Below, one piece after another: positions 32,004-41,516 of a DNA stretch of 64,000 bases. The notes beneath the pieces were generated by a model, which was not told the DNA's origin, did not search any database, and was given only the letters and a program-made list of their open reading frames with translations. Where the stretch lies: positions 11,468 to 75,467 of the forward strand of contig JAGYME010000004.1 in assembly GCA_018400715.1 (NCBI GenBank), written 5' to 3'. The DNA comes from Candidatus Bipolaricaulota bacterium. Its GTDB lineage: Bacteria > Bipolaricaulota > Bipolaricaulia > M55B111. The stretch's first letter is position 1. Every line of letters begins with the position of its first letter. The position numbers and the translations under genes were made by a program.

Positions 32004-32567
32004 ATGGATAGACGTCAACTCATTAAATGGCTCAAAGAGCCGTTGAAGATGAGCAACAAGTATTCCCTTCACGTGGTGTACTTCTGTACCGGATGCGGAA
32101 TTATTGAGATACCACCGTCCATCACGGCGAGGTGGGATGCGGAGCGGTTTGGAGTAAAGCCCGTTGCCACCCCTAGACAGGCAAATTTATTCCTAATAAC
32201 CGGTTACGTCTCGCTGAAGACGTTAAAGCCAATTATAAGGACGTACGAACAGATGCCGGCCCCGAAATATACCGTTGCCTTCGGTTCCTGTCCAATAGAC
32301 GGGGGAATGTACTGGGATTCGTACAATACGATAAATCACCTCGACAAGTACATCCCGATCGACGGTTACATCGCGGGTTGCATGCCGAGGCCGGAGGCAG
32401 TGTTTGCGGGGATAACCCACCTCTGGACCTTAATTGACGAGGGCAAGGCCGATGGTTATAAGAAATACCGCAGGAACTATTCGCAGTATAGATCGAATCA
32501 AGAAAGGCTGTACGGGGAACTGGGGTGGCCACCGAGGTTTGAAACGGAGGGACTGGAGAATGAGTAG
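32004..32567 (+). CDS. NuoB-like Fe-S subunit (MbxJ)
   Basis: FCTGCGIIE, TPRQA, GSCPIDGG, YIAGCMPRPE. Confidence 0.93.
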   Translation: MDRRQLIKWLKEPLKMSNKYSLHVVYFCTGCGIIEIPPSITARWDAERFGVKPVATPRQANLFLITGYVSLKTLKPIIRTYEQMPAPKYTVAFGSCPIDGGMYWDSYNTINHLDKYIPIDGYIAGCMPRPEAVFAGITHLWTLIDEGKADGYKKYRRNYSQYRSNQERLYGELGWPPRFETEGLENE

Positions 32568-33057
32568 CATAGAGGAAAAAATCACCGCTAATTTTGATGG
32601 AATCGAGGTCCGGAAGATCGAGGAGGGCCGGATCGAAGTTAAGACGAAGAAGGAAGCATTGCTCTCGACCTTGAACTTTCTTAAAGACGAAGGATACGGC
32701 CATCTCGGGCTCGTCTCCTGCGTCGACAGGATAGAAGAGGGGATATTCGAATTGGTCTACATCCTCTCGAGATATTTGGTAGGAGGTGAAGTGGCGGTTG
32801 ACCAGGCGTCCTTGATTGTCAAGACCGAGGTGCCCCGGGGGAATCCGACCCTCGTCACGTCGGTCAAGGTATTTGAAACCGCCGAGCCCTATGAGAGAGA
32901 ACTTCACGAGATGTTCGGAATAGTCTTTTCAGGCCATCCCAGGTTAACGCCATTGTTCCTGGAGAGGGATATCGATCTCCCGCCGATGAGAAAGGACTTC
33001 GATACAAGAAAATATGTGGAAGAGGAGTTCGAATCAATTCCCCCGGTGGAGGATTGA
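32560..33057 (+). CDS. NuoC-like subunit (MbxK)
   Basis: YERELHEMFGIVFSGHP.L, P.RKDF; ATG 32560. Confidence 0.9.
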   Translation: MSSIEEKITANFDGIEVRKIEEGRIEVKTKKEALLSTLNFLKDEGYGHLGLVSCVDRIEEGIFELVYILSRYLVGGEVAVDQASLIVKTEVPRGNPTLVTSVKVFETAEPYERELHEMFGIVFSGHPRLTPLFLERDIDLPPMRKDFDTRKYVEEEFESIPPVED

Positions 33058-34193
33058 CCATGGAAATAATTAGCGAGAAGAAGAAGGGCGGGTCCTCACG
33101 GGAACTAGAACTATACTTTGGACCTCAGCATCTGGGTATGATTGGTAATTTTAGTATCACGTTAAACGTCCGGGGTGACCGAATCGTCCGCGCGGAGGCG
33201 AACCCGGGATACCTGCACAGGGGTTTCGAAAAACTCATGGAGGGACGTAGCTGGATACAAAACTTCCCCCTCGTGTGCCGAGTCAACGTGATCGAACCCG
33301 GTTCAATGGAGATGGTATACTCTACCGCGGTTGAGAACCTTGCGGGGGTCAAGGTGCCACCGAGAGGTAAGTACATCAGGTGTATTTACCTGGAGCTTTC
33401 CCGGATAGCCTCTCACCTGTTCGGTCTCTGGGCTTACTCCAAAACCCTCGGGTTTGAGACGGTGGGGGGATGGGCTATGTATCACCGCGATCTGATACTG
33501 GATCTCTTCGAAGAACTTACAGGGGGCAGGGTATATAACATATACATCTGGCCCGGCGGTGTACGGAGGGACCTGCCGGAGGGGTTTGAAGAGAGAACAA
33601 AAGATGTCCTTCACGAGATCGGCGAGAAGGTACCGGATTACAATCAAACCTTCTTTGAGAACAGGTTGTTCCACGAGAGGGCTCGTGGGGTTGGAGTCGT
33701 GAGTCGAGAGGAGGCGATGAATACCGGGGGCACCGGGCAGGTCCTCCGAGCTACGGGTCTGGAATACGATATCCGTAAGGTTGAGCCCTATGGTGTTTAC
33801 GACGAGATCGATTGGGACGTCCCCACTCGAGAGGACGGGGATGCTTACTCGCGGATAATGGTGGTCCGCGACGAGATGATAGAGAGCGTTCACGCGATCT
33901 TTAAACTCTTCGATAAGTTGCCGGGTGGGCCCGTCTATAACAAGATACCGAACCCATTTAAATGGAATATCCCAGAAGGAGAGACCTACGTGCGGTTGGA
34001 GTCCTCCCGCGGTGAACTGGGGCTCTATCTCGCCTCGGATGGAGGGCGAAAGCCTTACCGTGCGCATTTCAGAACCCCTTCTTACCCCCACGGGTTGACG
34101 ATCCTGGAGAAGGCGTTGGCGGGGGAAAGCATCTCCGATACGGGTAATATCATGATAAGTCTGTACGTGACAGCACCAGAGATAGACAGGTAA
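33054..34193 (+). CDS. NuoD-like subunit (MbxL) without NiFe-binding motifs
   Basis: FGPQH, GYLHRGFEKL, ELSRIASHL, GGVRRD, ESSRGE; no RxCGxC or DPCxxC; ends VTAPEIDR. Confidence 0.92.
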   Translation: MTMEIISEKKKGGSSRELELYFGPQHLGMIGNFSITLNVRGDRIVRAEANPGYLHRGFEKLMEGRSWIQNFPLVCRVNVIEPGSMEMVYSTAVENLAGVKVPPRGKYIRCIYLELSRIASHLFGLWAYSKTLGFETVGGWAMYHRDLILDLFEELTGGRVYNIYIWPGGVRRDLPEGFEERTKDVLHEIGEKVPDYNQTFFENRLFHERARGVGVVSREEAMNTGGTGQVLRATGLEYDIRKVEPYGVYDEIDWDVPTREDGDAYSRIMVVRDEMIESVHAIFKLFDKLPGGPVYNKIPNPFKWNIPEGETYVRLESSRGELGLYLASDGGRKPYRAHFRTPSYPHGLTILEKALAGESISDTGNIMISLYVTAPEIDR

Positions 34194-34208
34194 GGAGGTA
34201 AGGACGAC

Positions 34209-36071
34209 ATGAGCGGCAAGAGGCCGAGCATATTAAACTCGCTGGGCGCGGGCAAGTACCTGTTTAGAAGGCCGAAGACGATAAAATACCCGTTTGAGTT
34301 GAAGGAACCCGCGCCCCGCTACAGGGGGTTCCACCTTAACGACTGGGATGCCTGTACTGGATGTGGTAATTGCGAGGACATATGCCCGAACGAGGCAATT
34401 GAGATGGTGGAGGTCCCGGAACTAGAAGAGGCCCCCGAAGAAGGAAGAACGAATTTGAGGCCCCAAATAAACTACGGCAGGTGCTGCTTCTGCGGACTTT
34501 GTGTAGACGTTTGTCCTGCCGGAGCCTTGAGGCTTTCCAGGGACTATCTCCATATCCACTTTGACACGGATACTTTTACCTTCATCCCGAAGGACCAAAA
34601 AAGTGCCGGAGAAAAGTTCCTTCCCGAAGAAGAATATTCCGTACTTAAGGCGAATCTGGACCATAGAAGACAAGATTACGAGGGCTTTAGCCAGGACCTG
34701 GACTTCTCGCTCTTCAGGCTTGATAGGGTCCCGATGCCCCAGGTCCCTCCCGAAGAGAGGAAACTATCCTTCATCGAGCAGGTGATCGGGTATACAAAAG
34801 AAGAGGCCAAGGGAGAGGCAGAGAGGTGCCTGGAATGCGGTCTTTGTGAGGACGCGTGCCCGGCGGGTTTAAATATTGTCGATTACGTAGGGGCGATATA
34901 TGAGGACGACCCTGATGAGTCGCTCAGACAGATCTTTAAGGACAACCCCCTGCCGTCAATATGTGGTCGGGTATGCATGAAGCACTGCGAGGATGCCTGC
35001 TCGCTTGGAAAACAAGGAGACCCGGTCGCCATCAGGTGGCTAAAGAGGTGGACGGCCGATTCTATTGAGGATTACAAGCGCTCGCTCGAACTTACCCCCG
35101 GGGAGGATAAAGGAAAAAAGGTAGGAATAGTCGGGGCCGGACCATCGGGCCTATCTTTGGCCTACTTTCTCAGGCTGAAGGGATACGGGGTAACCGTGTT
35201 TGACTCCCTCCCGGGGGCTGGTGGAGCGACTCGGATCGGCCCCCCGCAGTACCGCCTGCCCCTGGACGCAATAGAAAAGGACGTCAATTATATCGCCTCT
35301 CTCGGCGTCGAGTTCAGATTTTGCACTACCGTGGGGGAAGACGTTAGTTTCGAGGAGATAAGAGATGTTTACGACGCGGCTTACCTCGCCGTCGGAAACT
35401 CTGACCCTCTTTCTACTGGGATTGAAAACGCGGACAAGGCTCATCTCGCCCTCGACTTTCTCCGGAGTAATAAAATCGGTGAGGGAGTAGAGGTCGGGCG
35501 GGAGGTAGTTGTCATTGGTGGGGGAAACGTAGCCATGGACGCCGCCCGGGAAGCGTTGAGGCTGCAGCACATGCAACATCCGGAGACCTCCGTGGTGACT
35601 AAGACTGTGTCTCTGGAGGACTGGGATGAGCTTCCGGCGACGGGCGAGGAGGTGGAAGAGGCACGGGAGGAAGGTATTCAATTCAACCCCGCCTGGGGAC
35701 CAAAGAAGATCGAAGTGGACGGAGATGGGCGAGTAAAGGGACTGCTGTGTACGAAGGTTAAATCGGTCTTCGATGAAGATGGACGGTTCAATCCGTCTTT
35801 TGATGAGGACCGAGAAAAGTTTCTGGAAGGTGACACGATTATCGAGGCAATCGGGCAGAAACCCGACTTCTCATTCATATCTGAAGAAACCTTTGGAAAG
35901 TTGGAATTTACAGAACGGCGGAAGGTTAGAGTTAACGAAAACGGAATGACGAGTCTACCCGGCGTCTTCGCAGGTGGTGACATAGTTAATACCAACCTCG
36001 ATGCGGTAACGGCGATCGCCGATGCTAAGGTGGCTAGCGAGGGTATAGATTGCTACCTCTCCGGAAAGTAG
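34209..36071 (+). CDS. NuoI-like 2x[4Fe-4S] subunit (MbxN) fused to a GltD/NfnB-like NAD(P)H flavoprotein
   Basis: CTGCGNCEDICP and CCFCGLCVDVCP, then CLECGLC..ACP, CGRVC..CE..C, GAGPSGL, IGGGNVAMD, FAGGD. Confidence 0.9.
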   Translation: MSGKRPSILNSLGAGKYLFRRPKTIKYPFELKEPAPRYRGFHLNDWDACTGCGNCEDICPNEAIEMVEVPELEEAPEEGRTNLRPQINYGRCCFCGLCVDVCPAGALRLSRDYLHIHFDTDTFTFIPKDQKSAGEKFLPEEEYSVLKANLDHRRQDYEGFSQDLDFSLFRLDRVPMPQVPPEERKLSFIEQVIGYTKEEAKGEAERCLECGLCEDACPAGLNIVDYVGAIYEDDPDESLRQIFKDNPLPSICGRVCMKHCEDACSLGKQGDPVAIRWLKRWTADSIEDYKRSLELTPGEDKGKKVGIVGAGPSGLSLAYFLRLKGYGVTVFDSLPGAGGATRIGPPQYRLPLDAIEKDVNYIASLGVEFRFCTTVGEDVSFEEIRDVYDAAYLAVGNSDPLSTGIENADKAHLALDFLRSNKIGEGVEVGREVVVIGGGNVAMDAAREALRLQHMQHPETSVVTKTVSLEDWDELPATGEEVEEAREEGIQFNPAWGPKKIEVDGDGRVKGLLCTKVKSVFDEDGRFNPSFDEDREKFLEGDTIIEAIGQKPDFSFISEETFGKLEFTERRKVRVNENGMTSLPGVFAGGDIVNTNLDAVTAIADAKVASEGIDCYLSGK

Positions 36072-36207
36072 TAAAAGACCCATCCGTGATATATTCCTTT
36101 TTCGGTTACCGGGGATTATCTCACTCGGTTGTTGGAGAAACGGCCGACTCGACCTTAAAATTAACAGGTCGTTTAAGTATAAATAAGAATTCCTTGGGAG
36201 GTAATTT

Positions 36208-36498
36208 ATGCCCTGGGTAAACGATGAATGTAAAGGATGTGGGGTTTGTATTGATGCCTGTCCTGTGGATGCTATCGCAATGAACGATGGAGAAGCGGTA
36301 ATAGATAATGCGACCTGTACGAGATGCGGAGATTGTTTTGAAGCATGCCCCCTTGACGCGATACGGCCTAACTCCGCAAACCCGGATTTGAGGGGTAGAT
36401 TTGACAGAACCGGTCGAGGTAACGGGAGTAGAGGGGGTGGAGGCCGACGAGATGGTAGAGGTAAGGGTAGTCGTGGAGGAAATCGAAGGCAATTTTAA
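36208..36498 (+). CDS. 2x[4Fe-4S] ferredoxin with Arg/Gly-rich tail
   Basis: CKGCGVCIDACP and CTRCGDCFEACP; tail RGNGSRGGGGRRDGRGKGSRGG. Confidence 0.88.
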   Translation: MPWVNDECKGCGVCIDACPVDAIAMNDGEAVIDNATCTRCGDCFEACPLDAIRPNSANPDLRGRFDRTGRGNGSRGGGGRRDGRGKGSRGGNRRQF

Positions 36499-36514
36499 TC
36501 AGGAGGATTATTTG

Positions 36515-36925
36515 ATGAGGTTTATTGTCGCCTGCGGAACGTCAGATGGCGAAAAGTTGACGGATGATCACTTCGGCGAGTCGGAGTACTTTGATATCTA
36601 CGATCTCGATGACTACGAACCGCGGTTTGTCAAAAAGGTCGAGAATGACACGCGGGAAGAGGATGAGGACCTCGGTCACGGGGATCCTGGAAAGGCCAAA
36701 GAGGTGTCTCAGATCCTTAAGGACGAGTCCGTAAACGTAGTTCTTGCCCATCAAATGGGTCCGAATATCGTTAGGATCAGTAAGAGGTTTGTGCCCGTGA
36801 TCTATCGGGGCAGGGAGGTCGACCGGGCGATAGGCCTACTGCTCGACAACATTCATCTCGTTGAACGAGAATGGAGAAAAGGGGAGAAGAGGGAGTACGT
36901 AGTTCTAGAAAATGACCAAGGGTAA
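36515..36925 (+). CDS. NifB/NifX (FeMo-co biosynthesis domain) family protein
   Basis: HFGESEYF, HGDPGKA, MGPN; AGGAGG RBS before ATG 36515. Confidence 0.8.
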   Translation: MRFIVACGTSDGEKLTDDHFGESEYFDIYDLDDYEPRFVKKVENDTREEDEDLGHGDPGKAKEVSQILKDESVNVVLAHQMGPNIVRISKRFVPVIYRGREVDRAIGLLLDNIHLVEREWRKGEKREYVVLENDQG

Positions 36926-36945
36926 GTAATCGAGGGGGCGGTAAG

Positions 36946-38139
36946 ATGACTTCAACTAGAGCGGCTCAATTTCCGGAGTCACCTATAAGGAAGTTAAATC
37001 CACTTAGCGAGAAGGCGGAGGCGGAAGGCGTCCATCTCTATCACTTAAACATCGGTCAGCCGGACATACCTACTCCCGATGAATTCTTCGCCGGAATAAC
37101 GGATAGTGACGTGGATGTGCTGAGTTACAGTCCGTCGCCTGGCTTGCCTGAGGTGAGAGAGGCACTCGTCCGCTACTACGGTGATCACGGTATAGATCTC
37201 CAGGCGGACGAGATAATCGTAACGGTCGGTGGAAGCGAGGCGGGCTTGTTTGCATTTTACGTCGCGCTCGAGCCCGGGGGGGAGGTCCTCGTCCCCGAGC
37301 CATTTTACACAAACTATCGGGGATTCGCGAAGATGAGCGGTACCGAGCTGTCGCCAGTACCCTCGTCCGCGAAAGACGATTTCCGCTTGCCCGACAGCAA
37401 GGAATTGGATGATTTGGTCTCGGAGTATACCGGGGCCCTGTTGTTGACCAACCCCAGCAACCCCACGGGAAGGGTATACACCAAGGACGAGCTGGAGCGG
37501 GCTCGGGACGTTGCCCTGGAAAACGACCTCTTTCTGATAACTGACGAGGTATACCGGGAGTTCGTCTACGACGGTAAGCAAGCTAGAAGCATATTCCAGC
37601 TCGACGGGATTGACGATCGGGGCGTGATGATAGATAGCATCTCCAAGAGGCTAAGTGTATGCGGGGCGAGGATTGGGGTAATCGCCAGTCGGAACAGAAG
37701 GTTTTTGGATGCGGCCCTGCGCCTGAGTCAGGCAAGGCTATCTCCGCCGACCCTAGGACAGCTTGGGCTGCGTAACTTTCTGAACTCCTCTGAATATCCC
37801 TCTGCAATTGATGAAATGGTGCGCCGATTCGAGCGTCGAAGGGACGTTCTCCTCGACGAGGTCCGGGATATACCCGGGGTGGACTTTTCTCGGCCCGGGG
37901 GAGCGTTTTATCTGATGGTAGACCTGCCCGTTGAGGACGCTGACGACTTCGCGAGGTGGATGATCACGGACTTTCGTCACCAAAACGAGTCGGTCGCCCT
38001 AGCGCCGGGCGCGGGTTTCTACGCTACGCCGGGAAAAGGGAAAAGCCAGGTCAGGATAAGCTACGTGTTGAACCGCGACGATCTCAGGCGCGCTGCAGAG
38101 TTAATCGGAGTTGCTCTCTCCGAGTATACAGATTCGTAA
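36946..38139 (+). CDS. PLP-dependent class I/II aminotransferase (aspartate aminotransferase-like)
   Basis: LNIGQPD, NPSNPTG, DEVYREF, DSISKRLSVCGARIG, GAFY. Confidence 0.93.
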   Translation: MTSTRAAQFPESPIRKLNPLSEKAEAEGVHLYHLNIGQPDIPTPDEFFAGITDSDVDVLSYSPSPGLPEVREALVRYYGDHGIDLQADEIIVTVGGSEAGLFAFYVALEPGGEVLVPEPFYTNYRGFAKMSGTELSPVPSSAKDDFRLPDSKELDDLVSEYTGALLLTNPSNPTGRVYTKDELERARDVALENDLFLITDEVYREFVYDGKQARSIFQLDGIDDRGVMIDSISKRLSVCGARIGVIASRNRRFLDAALRLSQARLSPPTLGQLGLRNFLNSSEYPSAIDEMVRRFERRRDVLLDEVRDIPGVDFSRPGGAFYLMVDLPVEDADDFARWMITDFRHQNESVALAPGAGFYATPGKGKSQVRISYVLNRDDLRRAAELIGVALSEYTDS

Positions 38140-38175
38140 GATATCTGCCCTACCACCGTCTTGAGGAGAGGAGAG

Positions 38176-38760
38176 TTAATCCTCATTTTTGGGGGAGGTT
38201 CCGGTAAACTCGTCGCATATTGCTCCACCTTCTGGGCAGTCTTCGAGTCTTATCTCATCGATAACGATTTTACCCAGGGGGTTGTGTGTGGCGAGTTCGT
38301 GAGCAACGTGAAGGTGAAGACACTTCACGTTCACGTTGCTTTCAATCCCCCCGATTCCCCGGGACAACGCGTTTTCCAGACCGTGTTTTTCGATGAATTC
38401 TCTCTCCTCATCGCCCAGTAGGTGGCTCTGTGCCCTTAGGTAGCTTTTCTCGGCTTCTCTGTATTTTGCCCTCAGGTCCGCGTCGTTCTTCAGCCTTCCC
38501 TCGAGATCTCTTACGAAGCCCCGTGATTCCAGTTCCGCGATCTCAGTTACCCTCTTTGGACAGCTTAGCCAGAAAAGCGTCGGGAACACCTCGAAGTCCC
38601 CTTCGGCCCTTATTATTAGAGGTTTAGTTACCAGTACAGTAGGATGGCCAAATTTACATCTATCACCAATCCCTATCAAGCCGATTGGATCCCTATCAAT
38701 CTGGCGGGAAACGACCTCATGGTCGACCTGGCTGACTTCCTCGTAAGTCATCGGACTCAA
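38176..38760 (-). CDS. DUF501 family protein
   Basis: RC..GHP, FPTLFWLSCP..I..LES.G, GIGG..VKCLHLHVAH. Confidence 0.88.
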   Translation of the reverse strand: MSPMTYEEVSQVDHEVVSRQIDRDPIGLIGIGDRCKFGHPTVLVTKPLIIRAEGDFEVFPTLFWLSCPKRVTEIAELESRGFVRDLEGRLKNDADLRAKYREAEKSYLRAQSHLLGDEEREFIEKHGLENALSRGIGGIESNVNVKCLHLHVAHELATHNPLGKIVIDEIRLEDCPEGGAICDEFTGTSPKNED

Positions 38761-38787
38761 TCTTGTCTGTCCCCTTGATGGAGGGCT

Positions 38788-40017
38788 CTAAGCCCCGAAC
38801 TTTTTCAGCTGATCGCTATACGACAGAGTTATCGGTAGAAGTTGTCCGCTGAAAGTTCCTAGGCCACCGTGCATTGCGGTATATTCGTCGAACATCTCAA
38901 CTTGGTCGGTTTTTACGTTGGGGCCCACAATCATTACCGGTACCGGTTCGGCTACATGGTCTCCGTAGCGAATCGGGGTTGTGTGGTCTCCGGAGAAGGA
39001 GAGGTGTGTTTCGTTCCAGTCAATGTTGTCGTCGAGCCAGGCAAAGGTCTCGTCTATCTTTTCTATGAATTTGACCTTTGCTTCAGCGTTGTGGTCATGT
39101 GAAGCGTTGTCGGTTCCCTTCATGTGAACAAAGACGACGTCCTTCCCTCCCTCCAACTCGCGTATTGCCGCTTTTGCCTTGTTGATGATCTTAGAATCTA
39201 CCGTGCCAGTAGCGCCATCTACCGGTATGTAATCCATCCCAACGACTTTTGCCACTCCTATGTACAGCGCTCCCGCCGCGACGACGGAGGCGGACACCCC
39301 GTAGACCTCTTCTACGGATGGCACGTCCGGGTATTTTGCCGCCCCGCGTGAGAGGATTGCATTTGCAGGCAACTTCCCCTCTTTCCTGCGTTTAACGTTG
39401 ATCGGGGCTGACTCAAGAATCTCTCTTGCCTGGTCGGTGACCTCGTTGAGTACCTCCGCAGTTTTTATAGATTCTTCGTCCAGACCTTTGGCCTGGGGTA
39501 TAGGGACGCCAAGTTCGTGGGGGTCGGTAGGGGTTACGTTCCCTCCTAAATCCTCTCCGGAAATTGACAGCGCCCCCCGATGTTCGGTGCTTGTCTTAAA
39601 CCTTACCTCGACGTCGGGATATTTCTTCGAGGTCAGTTCTGAGAGCGCTTCCTCTAACTCCTCCTGGCCGTCGGAGATCCTGCCCGCGCGCCTGTCGGAA
39701 ATTTTTCCGTCTGAGTCGACCGTCGCGAAGTTGGTTCTAAAACTTACGTCATTTTTCCCGAGGTCCATACCGATGCCGGCGGCTTCGAATACGCCGCGCC
39801 CGGTATAATATTTTTCGGGATCGTAGCCGAAGAGAGACAGGTGTGCGGTATCGCTACCCGGTCTCACCCCTGGTTTGATGGGATGCATTAATCCGGCTGT
39901 CCCGCGGTCAACCAGGCTGTCCAGGGTTGGCGTGTTGGCGACTTCAAGGCACGTTCCCTCTGGAGTATCGTCCGGCCTCCCACCGAGTCCATCTGCGATA
40001 ACCATTATCGTCTTCAT
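38788..40017 (-). CDS. apgM: Cofactor-independent phosphoglycerate mutase, archaeal type
   Basis: IADGLG.RP, PGSDTAHLSLFGYDP, GRG.FEA.G, H.KG.D..SHD, GDHTTP, HVAEPVP. Confidence 0.9.
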   Translation of the reverse strand: MKTIMVIADGLGGRPDDTPEGTCLEVANTPTLDSLVDRGTAGLMHPIKPGVRPGSDTAHLSLFGYDPEKYYTGRGVFEAAGIGMDLGKNDVSFRTNFATVDSDGKISDRRAGRISDGQEELEEALSELTSKKYPDVEVRFKTSTEHRGALSISGEDLGGNVTPTDPHELGVPIPQAKGLDEESIKTAEVLNEVTDQAREILESAPINVKRRKEGKLPANAILSRGAAKYPDVPSVEEVYGVSASVVAAGALYIGVAKVVGMDYIPVDGATGTVDSKIINKAKAAIRELEGGKDVVFVHMKGTDNASHDHNAEAKVKFIEKIDETFAWLDDNIDWNETHLSFSGDHTTPIRYGDHVAEPVPVMIVGPNVKTDQVEMFDEYTAMHGGLGTFSGQLLPITLSYSDQLKKFGA

Positions 40018-40046
40018 GTTAGTACCTCCAAATGTTGTTATGAGTC

Positions 40047-41459
40047 CTACCTGTTTCCGGTATGAATAGCTCTTTTATGTACGTTTTCTGCCGCCTCCAT
40101 GATTGCTTCTGATAGGGTTGGGTGGGGGTGAACGGCGTTACCTATCTGAGTCACCGTAAGTTTGGATTCGATCGCCAGGCCTATCTCCCCAATCATGTCG
40201 GAAGCGTTTGGGCCTAGAATTGCCCCGCCAAGTAATCTGTCGCTGTTTTTATCGGCGACCAGGACTACTGCACCTTCCGTTTCGTCCATTGCCAGAGCTT
40301 TTCCCGATGCGCGGAGGGGGAACCTGCCAACGATTGGTTCGAACCCTTCCGCCTTTGCTTCTTCTTCGGAGAGACCGACGTCAGCGTATTCAGGGTCCGT
40401 AAAGACGGCTGCAGGTATCGCGGTAAATCCTTCTAGTTCTTCTCCCACGATCGACCCCGCGGCTAATAGCCCCTCGTGGGATGCCTTGTGGGCAAGAAGC
40501 GGGTCACCGGCGACGTCGCCGATCGCGTATACTCCGCTCAGGTCTGTTTCACAGTTCTTTCCTGTGACTATGTAGCCCCGGTCGTCCAGGTCTAACCTCA
40601 CGTCTCCGCCGATGAAGTCGGTCCGTGGTTTCCTGCCCACGGCGACGAGAACTTTATCAGCCGGGAACGAAACCTGTTCACCGTTTTGCTCGCCAAGGAC
40701 GATCCCCTGTCCGTCGTCTCTTTTGTATTCTACTGCCTTCGTTTCCGTGGAAACCGTTATTCCTTCCTTCTTTAAGGCACGATTTAGGTAAGACGATATT
40801 CGTCTGTCCAGGTCCGACGTGGGCAGGATCGAGTCCTTCATCTCCAGTATCGTTACTTCACTTCCCAGTCGGCTATATACAGTGCCCATCTCCAGGCCAA
40901 TGACCCCGGCGCCCAGTATTACCAGCCTATCTGGCACCGTCGTCGGGAAGACCGCCTCGCGTGAGGTCCAAATATCTTCCTCCTCGAACGGGAAGCCGGG
41001 CAGCTCGATTGGGTACGAGCCGGAGGCGATGATCAAGTTCTCCGGTTCTAGCCTAAGCTCCTCACCACCCTCTTTCGTGACCCTGACTTCCGGACCGGCT
41101 AGTATTTCACAGTTACCCGATACGAATTCTCCGCCGTTACCGTCGATCAACTTGGCCACGCCGCCCGTCAATCGGTCAACAACTTTCTTCTGGTGGTCGG
41201 TTAAATCGTCTAGCGAGACGGATGGTTCGGCAAAATCTATACCACGTTTTTTCCACGAGTCCAGCTTGCTCAGGGGTTCGGTCGTGCTATAAGCGGTTTT
41301 GGTGGGGATACACCCCCAGTTTAGGCAGACCCCACCGACGTTTTCCTTATCAACCACTACCGGTTCCAGGCCAAGCTGGCCCAGCCGGATGGCTGCTGTA
41401 TAGCCACCCGGCCCGGCACCAATGATAAGGACTTCTGGGCTGTGCGAAATTTTGCTCAT
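40047..41459 (-). CDS. lpdA: Dihydrolipoyl dehydrogenase
   Basis: IGAGPGGY, GGVCLNWGCIP, GAGVIGLE, LAHKASHEG, HPHPTLSE. Confidence 0.94.
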   Translation of the reverse strand: MSKISHSPEVLIIGAGPGGYTAAIRLGQLGLEPVVVDKENVGGVCLNWGCIPTKTAYSTTEPLSKLDSWKKRGIDFAEPSVSLDDLTDHQKKVVDRLTGGVAKLIDGNGGEFVSGNCEILAGPEVRVTKEGGEELRLEPENLIIASGSYPIELPGFPFEEEDIWTSREAVFPTTVPDRLVILGAGVIGLEMGTVYSRLGSEVTILEMKDSILPTSDLDRRISSYLNRALKKEGITVSTETKAVEYKRDDGQGIVLGEQNGEQVSFPADKVLVAVGRKPRTDFIGGDVRLDLDDRGYIVTGKNCETDLSGVYAIGDVAGDPLLAHKASHEGLLAAGSIVGEELEGFTAIPAAVFTDPEYADVGLSEEEAKAEGFEPIVGRFPLRASGKALAMDETEGAVVLVADKNSDRLLGGAILGPNASDMIGEIGLAIESKLTVTQIGNAVHPHPTLSEAIMEAAENVHKRAIHTGNR

Positions 41460-41516
41460 AGGCCCTCCTGTAGGTAGAAAATTAGATCTCCTGAGGATTG
41501 AGTCTCGACGTAATCC

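Noticed and set aside
25267-36071. Group 4 [NiFe] hydrogenase (Mbh) or canonical complex I
   Set aside because: The large subunit lacks both CxxC Ni motifs; no maturation genes or NuoEFG; gene order matches mbx
36401-36514. N-terminal extension of the NifX-like ORF
   Set aside because: Alternative-frame reading of the ferredoxin tail; AGGAGG supports ATG 36515
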